From: an uncultured Bacteroidales bacterium
GTDB lineage: Bacteria > Bacteroidota > Bacteroidia > Bacteroidales > FEN-979
Length of the DNA: 64,000 bases
Reading direction: 5' to 3'
Assembly (NCBI GenBank): GCA_903824935.1
Contig: CAIJYT010000281.1
Span: forward strand, 1,755-65,754
The position numbers and the translations under genes were made by a program. Shown here one piece after another: positions 26,287 through 32,640 of the stretch (within the stretch, counting starts at the first letter, position 1; each line of letters starts with the position of its first letter). The notes beneath the pieces are model-generated. The model had not been told where the DNA came from, made no database searches, and was given only the letters and a program-made list of their open reading frames with translations.

Positions 26287-26643
26287 TTAATTATTTAATG
26301 CACCCTGGTTGACCCAGTTTTTGATCTTACCTGCATCGGTCGAATTGCAGTAACCCGACATACTCCCGGTTGAAACTTTCTGGTAGAGTATGCTTGAGGC
26401 AGCATCCCCGGCAACGACCAGTTTATTATCCATCAGGCTTTGATATGATTTTCCAGCCCTGAGGTCAGGCGAGGGACCACCCGGAACATGGCAGGTGCAA
26501 CCCGATAAAATCGGCTGTATGTCTGTCGCATAGCTTACTGGTGTGCTTGGTGAAGGAACATCCGGATAGATCTTGGCATATTCACAGGACACTAAAACGG
26601 AGAGCACCGTAAGAACGGATAAAAGGTTAATTAGCTTTTTCAT
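26287..26643 (-). CDS. small lipoprotein with cytochrome-c-like domain carrying CXCH instead of CXXCH
   Basis: 118 aa, lipobox VLVSC. DIQPILSGCTCH...IKNWVNQGALNN resembles PSCyt1-type haem-binding domains, but the motif is C-T-C-H (nt 26488-26499). Confidence 0.6.
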   Translation of the reverse strand: MKKLINLLSVLTVLSVLVSCEYAKIYPDVPSPSTPVSYATDIQPILSGCTCHVPGGPSPDLRAGKSYQSLMDNKLVVAGDAASSILYQKVSTGSMSGYCNSTDAGKIKNWVNQGALNN

Positions 26644-26693
26644 TTTTTAATGTTTGTGGTTACTGATTTTAATTTGTCGATTTTAAAATTTTA

Positions 26694-26731
26694 CGAAAAA
26701 AGGCTTCAGGATTGCTTATCCTGAAGCCTTT
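26694..26731 (-). terminator. rho-independent terminator after the hexahaem cytochrome gene
   Basis: The minus strand reads AGGCTTCAGGAT-AAGCA-ATCCTGAAGCCT followed by TTTTTTCG. It starts 22 nt after the stop at 26752. Confidence 0.8.
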
Positions 26732-26751
26732 CCTGGTAATTCATACAAGGA

Positions 26752-27846
26752 CTACGGTAATGATTGCATGTAAGCAATACCGGCATCAAGCATATCGCTG
26801 AAATAGGCGAAATTATGGATACCCATACTGCGGTCGGCAGCAACCATATTGAAGTTCCAGATTACAGCTAACTGGATCTGTGTGAATTTCTTGGGTTTGC
26901 TGGCACTCACGCCTTTAAGGAGTAAATAGGTGCTTGAACTTGCAACAGTGTCGATAATGTTTTTATTCCCGAGAAGGGTCATTAACGTCTTGTATTTAGT
27001 GTTAATAGTAGTTTGCGCACCATTATAATCGAAAGTTGTTCCGATTGCAGAATGACAAGGTTTGCAAACTGCAACGTTGTCACCGGTTGAACTGGATGAC
27101 ATAGTCCAGGTATGGCCTCCAACCATGTTACCCTGGGCAGGTCCCATATGGCAATTCCTGCAGGTTGCATTACCTTTATGGTTGGTACTGCGGAAAGCAG
27201 ATGAACCCATTTCGAAAGCGCCCTTACCGGCAAGCATGAGGAACTGAGGTCCATGGTGCGGTCCCCAGCGGTTGCTGGTAACTGAAAGTGAGTCGGTTCC
27301 TTTGGGGTTGGTAACCCAGGGGCTGGTTTTCCTTGCCTGGTGGCATTTTCCGCAAAGGTTTGATGTACCGTCGGTACCACCTGCCAGCTGAACAGTTAAG
27401 TCAATGGAAGAGGTAGTGTCAATGTAAGGATGAACAGGAGTAACATCCCTCAAAGCCCAGTCAGCCGGGGTATAAGTGGCATGAATGGTATGGCATGTGC
27501 GGCAGTTGATAGGAGCAGCATCATTATATGCCTGAGTCACAGTTGAACCGGTCTGCAGTTTTTCCAGGAATCCTTCATGGCTGTGGCAGCCAGAACATCC
27601 ACCACGGGCAGCTTCGGCAATCGTAGTTGCTGCAGCATGCTTGGAAGCATCATACTGGAAAATTTTTACGATAACGGTATCGCTGAAATTATGGCAATTG
27701 GTGCAGGTTGCATTGGCATCCTTACCGTTTGTTCCGTTTGCACCAGCGGGACCCTGGGGACCTTCTTTGGTACATCCGATAAAAATAAGACCGGAAACCG
27801 CCATAACCATGATCCCCGATAAAACTAACATGAGTAATCTTTTCAT
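26752..27846 (-). CDS. hexahaem c-type cytochrome lipoprotein with collagen-like N-terminal GXY repeat
   Basis: Lipobox LIFIGC and five GXY triplets (GPQGPAGANGTNGKD). Six CXXCH motifs: CTNCH, CSGCH, CRTCH, CGKCH, CRNCH, CKPCH. Confidence 0.85.
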   Translation of the reverse strand: MKRLLMLVLSGIMVMAVSGLIFIGCTKEGPQGPAGANGTNGKDANATCTNCHNFSDTVIVKIFQYDASKHAAATTIAEAARGGCSGCHSHEGFLEKLQTGSTVTQAYNDAAPINCRTCHTIHATYTPADWALRDVTPVHPYIDTTSSIDLTVQLAGGTDGTSNLCGKCHQARKTSPWVTNPKGTDSLSVTSNRWGPHHGPQFLMLAGKGAFEMGSSAFRSTNHKGNATCRNCHMGPAQGNMVGGHTWTMSSSSTGDNVAVCKPCHSAIGTTFDYNGAQTTINTKYKTLMTLLGNKNIIDTVASSSTYLLLKGVSASKPKKFTQIQLAVIWNFNMVAADRSMGIHNFAYFSDMLDAGIAYMQSLP

Positions 27847-27975
27847 ATTCTTTCAGTTTTTGTTAATAAATGCATTTGTATATAGCAGACAATGGTGCAA
27901 TAATCTTGCACGACAAAAATATTGATTTATGTTGTTAGAAAGTTAACAGACAGGTGAGATTTGTTTCAAAAAGAA

Positions 27976-27989
27976 CTGATATCCATCAA
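27976..27989. promoter_or_regulatory. near-consensus FNR/CRP-type box
   Basis: CTGATATCCATCAA has one mismatch to TTGAT-N4-ATCAA. It is centred 21 bp from the perfect box. Confidence 0.5.
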
Positions 27990-27996
27990 TTCTTTA

Positions 27997-28010
27997 TTGA
28001 TATAGATCAA
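27997..28010. promoter_or_regulatory. perfect FNR/CRP-type box
   Basis: TTGATATAGATCAA matches TTGAT-N4-ATCAA. It lies between the Crp/Fnr gene stop and the hexahaem cytochrome start, about 150 bp upstream of the latter. Confidence 0.65.
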
Positions 28011-28052
28011 TGATTACATAGGTAGATATCATCGGATCAGGGTTGGTCCGTA

Positions 28053-28748
28053 TCAGCCGGTCTCGCTGATCTGCTTAAGATGCTTGATATTGAGGATGTC
28101 AAAGAGATTTCCGTCGACCGAAAGTATTCCCTCCTCCTTGAATTCTTTGAGTATCCTGATCGCACTTTCCTTAGACATTCCCGAAAGGTCAGCAAGGTCC
28201 TGTCGTGAGATTGTCATGTTAAAAGGGTTGGCGCAATATATTTTTTCAGAGAGGTAAAATAATGCGTCAGCAATACGTCCATGCATTTGTTTCTGGGTTA
28301 GGCTGATCACCTGTTCAAAATTAAACAAGGTCTGCATGGATAGCCTTTTTATGAAACTTTCTGCAAAGTCGGGATTGGAACGGATAAGCTTTTTAAAAAT
28401 TGCAGTGTCGACAAGACATGCTGTGGTATCTTCTATCGCGGAAGCAGAATAATAATGCTTATTATCAATGTATACCCCCGGGCCGAAAATATAATCCACG
28501 GGCTTTACCAGGGCAAGGATAAGGTTCTTTCCGTATCCTTCAATGTATATTTTGGATAAACCTGAAGTTATGCATACAAAATGTGAAGACGGGGTCCCCT
28601 GCTTGAACATGATCTCTCCTGCCTTGTAAGCCACATGGAACCTCCCGGTGTTGATTTCACCAAGCTCATCAGTGCCTAGGCTTTTAAAAATGGAAGATTT
28701 GCAGCTGCAATCTGCACAATTAGTAAAAATCGGAGGTTTGCCGTTCAT
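28053..28748 (-). CDS. Crp/Fnr-family transcriptional regulator with N-terminal Cys cluster
   Basis: 231 aa. N-terminal CADCSC, a cNMP-binding-like beta-roll and a C-terminal HTH (RQDLADLSGMSKESAIRILKEF). Confidence 0.85.
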   Translation of the reverse strand: MNGKPPIFTNCADCSCKSSIFKSLGTDELGEINTGRFHVAYKAGEIMFKQGTPSSHFVCITSGLSKIYIEGYGKNLILALVKPVDYIFGPGVYIDNKHYYSASAIEDTTACLVDTAIFKKLIRSNPDFAESFIKRLSMQTLFNFEQVISLTQKQMHGRIADALFYLSEKIYCANPFNMTISRQDLADLSGMSKESAIRILKEFKEEGILSVDGNLFDILNIKHLKQISETG

Positions 28749-28941
28749 TCTTTCTCTTTCTCAACAAACTGATCCCGTCTTTTGTGAAAAATGATGGACA
28801 TAATTTAAAAACCAGTCAGTTTATTTAAAATCAATACGATAAACTACATTGATCTCACAAAATTAGAAAAAGAATTGACAAAAAACAAAAAAATAGTAAC
28901 TTTTTATCAATTGCAGGGTTGAGGAAAATCAACACTCTTGC

Positions 28942-29925
28942 TTAACGGGCCCCGAAAAGATAGGTGGCGATCTGAACTGCATTTGTTGCCGCACCCTTAC
29001 GCAGGTTGTCGGCAACAACCCATAAATTGAGGGATTTCGGCTGGCTTTCATCCCGCCTGATCCTGCCCACAAACACTTCATTCCTGCCTTTGGAGTAAAG
29101 AGGCATAGGGTAAAGATTTTCTGAAGGATTATCCTGGATAACAATTCCCGGAGTACTGCCAAGAAGGCTCAGAACGTCTTCAACTTTGAAATCATTCTCA
29201 AATTCTATATTGACCGACTCGGAATGGCCGCCGGTCACGGGAACCCTGACGACAGTTGCGGTGACCTGTATGGACTGATCATTAAGGATCTTGCGGGTTT
29301 CATTCACCAGTTTTTCTTCTTCGGTGGTGTAACCGTTCGGAAGGAAGCTTCCGCCATGAGGAAAAAGGTTCATATCAATGGGATGGGGATAGGCCATATC
29401 GCCTTTAATTCCCATTCTCTCATTTTCGAGCTGTCGAACAGCACGGATCCCGGTTCCTGTTACCGACTGGTATGTTGAAACCACAATCCTTCGGATCCTG
29501 TATTTCTGATGAAGCGGGGCAAGGACCAGGACCATCTGTATTGTGGAACAATTCGGATTTGCGATTATTTTGTGCGCACTGTCGAGCATGCCGGCATTTA
29601 TTTCAGGGACAACCAGGGGGATATCATTATCCATTCTCCAGGCCGAAGAATTATCTATAACTGTGATGCCTGCCCCTGCATATTTTGGAGCCCATTCTTT
29701 TGATGTTCCCGCACCGGCACTGAAAATGGCTGCATGGGGTTTAAGCGCAATCACATCAGTATGATCCAGAACCTTATATGTTTTCCCCTTAAATTCAATC
29801 GGCGAGCCAATGGATTTTTGGGATGCAACAGGGTAAAACGCATCAAGAAGGATATCACCTTCCTCCAGAACCCTGATTATTTCCCTTCCGACAAGTCCGG
29901 TTGCACCAACAACAGCAAGTCTCAT
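28942..29925 (-). CDS. asd: aspartate-semialdehyde dehydrogenase
   Basis: Start at MRLAVVGATGLVGRE (Rossmann motif). Active-site region IANPNCSTIQ. The ORF-track N-terminal extension is unlikely. Confidence 0.9.
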   Translation of the reverse strand: MRLAVVGATGLVGREIIRVLEEGDILLDAFYPVASQKSIGSPIEFKGKTYKVLDHTDVIALKPHAAIFSAGAGTSKEWAPKYAGAGITVIDNSSAWRMDNDIPLVVPEINAGMLDSAHKIIANPNCSTIQMVLVLAPLHQKYRIRRIVVSTYQSVTGTGIRAVRQLENERMGIKGDMAYPHPIDMNLFPHGGSFLPNGYTTEEEKLVNETRKILNDQSIQVTATVVRVPVTGGHSESVNIEFENDFKVEDVLSLLGSTPGIVIQDNPSENLYPMPLYSKGRNEVFVGRIRRDESQPKSLNLWVVADNLRKGAATNAVQIATYLFGAR

Positions 29926-30037
29926 AAATGATTTTTTTGCAAAGATAACGCAACAATTCATGCTTTAATATATCACTTTTCCGATCCGGGCGGATAAATA
30001 CCATAGTTATTGATACTGTTTACAATATGATTGCTCC

Positions 30038-30700
30038 ATGAAAAAGATATTGATCAATTTAATTATTCTTCTTCCCCTTGCCCTGTATTCACAGGTGAGG
30101 GATGATTTTTCTGACGGAAATTTCACCACAAATCCTGAATGGACAGGTGATACTTCTGCTTTTACCGTAAATACCCAGAATCAGCTTCAGCTGAATTCTT
30201 CAGGATCCGACACTTCCTTCCTGACCACTCAAGGTTTAAACAGTCCCTCCAGGGAATGGTCATTCTGGCTCAAAATGTCGTTCAACACTTCGCTTAACAA
30301 CTATGCCAGGATATATCTCGGTTCTGATTCCAGGGACCTGAAGGGGAATGTAAATGCAGTCTATATCCAGGCGGGAGGATCGGGCGACAGTTTGACCTTA
30401 TTCAGGCAGAGCGGAAATATTCATTTGCCGATTTTTAAATTTCCTTTTCTGAGGACGAACAAGACGGTAAATGTTTTCAGGATCAGGATATGCAGGGATT
30501 CAGCGGGCAACTGGGATCTTTATGCCGACAGCACAGGCGGAAAAGGTTCCTCAGGTATGGCTGCTTCACTGACAAGGGACGAGTTCCCTGTGAGTGGTTT
30601 GGGGTTTATTGCAGGTATACATCGAGCAATTCCTGCAAATTCTGGTTTGACGACATTTATGCCGGGGAGACACTTCATGATACCGTCCCGCCCGGTTTGA
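30038..30700 (+). CDS. 5' part of a frameshift-split secreted LTD-domain protein
   Basis: Signal peptide MKKILINLIILLPLALYSQ. The frame ends at 30700, but the conserved-looking continuation is in the overlapping frame (30490-31836). Confidence 0.55.
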   Translation: MKKILINLIILLPLALYSQVRDDFSDGNFTTNPEWTGDTSAFTVNTQNQLQLNSSGSDTSFLTTQGLNSPSREWSFWLKMSFNTSLNNYARIYLGSDSRDLKGNVNAVYIQAGGSGDSLTLFRQSGNIHLPIFKFPFLRTNKTVNVFRIRICRDSAGNWDLYADSTGGKGSSGMAASLTRDEFPVSGLGFIAGIHRAIPANSGLTTFMPGRHFMIPSRPV

Positions 30701-31836
30701 TATCAGCCGGTTTTTCCGACAGTCTGACCATAAGAATTAAATTCAGTGAAAGTATAGATTCGGCATGTTTAGCCGGGGATTCGAATTTTACGCTAAAAAA
30801 TAAGACTGTAAAATTGCTGAAAGCTCATATATCAAGAGAAGATCCATCAATATTATTTATACAAATAAACATACCTGAAAACAATTTATTTTGTGACAGT
30901 CTGCTGATCAAAAATATTTCAGATTTTTCAGGTAATTTCTTAACCGATACTTGTGATTTTATTTGTTATTATATTCCGGGTCCGGGTCTGCCCGGTGATG
31001 TATTAATAAATGAAGTTTTGTTCCATCCGGATGCGGCAGGGGCCAGGTTTATAGAAGTCTTAAATAATTCGGACAAAGCAATAGATTTACATACCTTGTC
31101 GGCGGATACTGCAGGCATTTCAGGGGAGCACCGGCAGTTTGAAATACTTTCAGAAACGGAGAGGATGCTGTTACCGGGAGGATTTTATGTTATTACTTCG
31201 GATTCGGAAAAATTATGTTCGAGGTACCATGTTCCATTTCCTGGCAGGATATCCGTTCCCCCTCATTTCCCGTCCATGGATCAGGATTCGGGATCCATTG
31301 TTTTATTTAACAACGGGGACTCTGCATTGATTGATGAAATGAGTTACGGCAGTAACATGCACCTGAAATTCCTTGAAAATACCGAAGGCGTATCGCTTGA
31401 GCGGATAAGCGCGCAAATGCCGTCAGGTCTCAGGGCAAACTGGCAATCGGCTTCAGGAACCTCAGGATATGCAAGCCCCGGGTACGAAAATTCACATTTC
31501 GCTGCAGATTCCGGGAAAGAGATTGATATTCATCTGAGTAGTACTGTCATTTCACCCGATAATGACGGTAAAGATGATTTTTTATTTATAACTCTGAATA
31601 AAGTTGAAGAAGGAACCCTGATCACGCTCAGGGTTTTTAATATCAGGGGGAATCTTGTCAGGACAATATGCAGTTGTTCAACAGCATCAGAAAATTCAAT
31701 GTTTATATGGGATGGCACCGGTGACAACAATCTCAGGGTTCCAATGGGATATTATATTCTTTTATCGGAGAGCATAAGTATATCGGGACGTCACTCCAGT
31801 GTGAGGAAAGCAATTGCTGTTGCGGAAAAATTATAA
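30490..31836 (+). CDS. 3' part of the same gene: lamin-tail-domain (LTD) protein with T9SS-type-B-like C-terminal domain
   Basis: WFGVYCRYTSSNSCKFWFDDIYAG block and LTD-like GDVLINEVLFHPD...FIEVLNNSDKAIDL. C-terminal ISPDNDGKDDFLFI...GYYILL. The real N-terminus lies in the 30038 ORF. Confidence 0.6.
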   Translation: MQGFSGQLGSLCRQHRRKRFLRYGCFTDKGRVPCEWFGVYCRYTSSNSCKFWFDDIYAGETLHDTVPPGLISAGFSDSLTIRIKFSESIDSACLAGDSNFTLKNKTVKLLKAHISREDPSILFIQINIPENNLFCDSLLIKNISDFSGNFLTDTCDFICYYIPGPGLPGDVLINEVLFHPDAAGARFIEVLNNSDKAIDLHTLSADTAGISGEHRQFEILSETERMLLPGGFYVITSDSEKLCSRYHVPFPGRISVPPHFPSMDQDSGSIVLFNNGDSALIDEMSYGSNMHLKFLENTEGVSLERISAQMPSGLRANWQSASGTSGYASPGYENSHFAADSGKEIDIHLSSTVISPDNDGKDDFLFITLNKVEEGTLITLRVFNIRGNLVRTICSCSTASENSMFIWDGTGDNNLRVPMGYYILLSESISISGRHSSVRKAIAVAEKL

Positions 31837-31840
31837 AGGA

Positions 31841-32545
31841 CTATATCCTGGCATAAGCGATGGTTGCCACCGAAATGTTTACCCCGGGGACAACCGACAG
31901 GGCTGAGATGCAGGATTCAAGCGTTGCCCCGGTGGTTATCACATCATCAACCAGCAGGATTGTTTTTCCTTTAAGAACCGCCTGATTTTGCACAAAGAAT
32001 ACATCCTGAACATTATTCCATCGCAAAAAGCGTGATTTATGGGTTTGAGTCTCAGTTTCGTTTTTCCGGTAAAGGCATTCGTTTGAACAGGGAATCTCCA
32101 TGGAAGCCGAAAGTCCAAGGGCAAACTGTTCGCTCTGGTTATACCCTCTTTTCAGATACTTTTTCCTGTGGAGAGGGACGGGTACAATGATTTCCGATTG
32201 TGACCATGGAGGGGAGGATCTCAGAATTTTTCCGAATTCCTCACCAAGAAATATCCCGATATCTTTACGCCCTTTATATTTCAGGGCATGGATCATGTTC
32301 TGGACCTTGCTGCCTTTATTGAAAAGCAGGAATGAAGTTGCGGAAAGAATTCGTGTCCGCCCCCAGAAGATCCTGCTCACGGGATTATCTATATCAAGAT
32401 GGAAACGTGTGCGAGGCAGGTGATAAAAACATGAATCGCAGAGAATTTTTTCATGTTTCCACAAAGAATTCCCGCAGCCGCTGCAAATCCGCGGAAAGAT
32501 AAGACAGAGAAAATCATCAGCCCACATGCACCTTAATCCGCACAA
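31841..32545 (-). CDS. ComF-family phosphoribosyltransferase-like protein
   Basis: N-terminal CxxC pairs (CSGCG...CDSC). C-terminal PRPP-binding motif ILLVDDVITTGATL. Confidence 0.8.
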   Translation of the reverse strand: MCGLRCMWADDFLCLIFPRICSGCGNSLWKHEKILCDSCFYHLPRTRFHLDIDNPVSRIFWGRTRILSATSFLLFNKGSKVQNMIHALKYKGRKDIGIFLGEEFGKILRSSPPWSQSEIIVPVPLHRKKYLKRGYNQSEQFALGLSASMEIPCSNECLYRKNETETQTHKSRFLRWNNVQDVFFVQNQAVLKGKTILLVDDVITTGATLESCISALSVVPGVNISVATIAYARI

Positions 32546-32640
32546 ATCAAAAAAGTGATAGGGAAAAGTTTATCAACACATGATCGGATTCAAAAAAAAT
32601 ACTGTAGGTTTGATAAGGTTTTCTGATCAAAAATTAAGTC

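Noticed and set aside
28749-28941. FNR-like half sites (TTGATCTCA..., ...TTTTATCAATTG) upstream of the Crp/Fnr gene, which would suggest autoregulation.
   Set aside because: Only half-site matches are present and there is no full TTGAT-N4-ATCAA palindrome, so this is not supportable from sequence alone.
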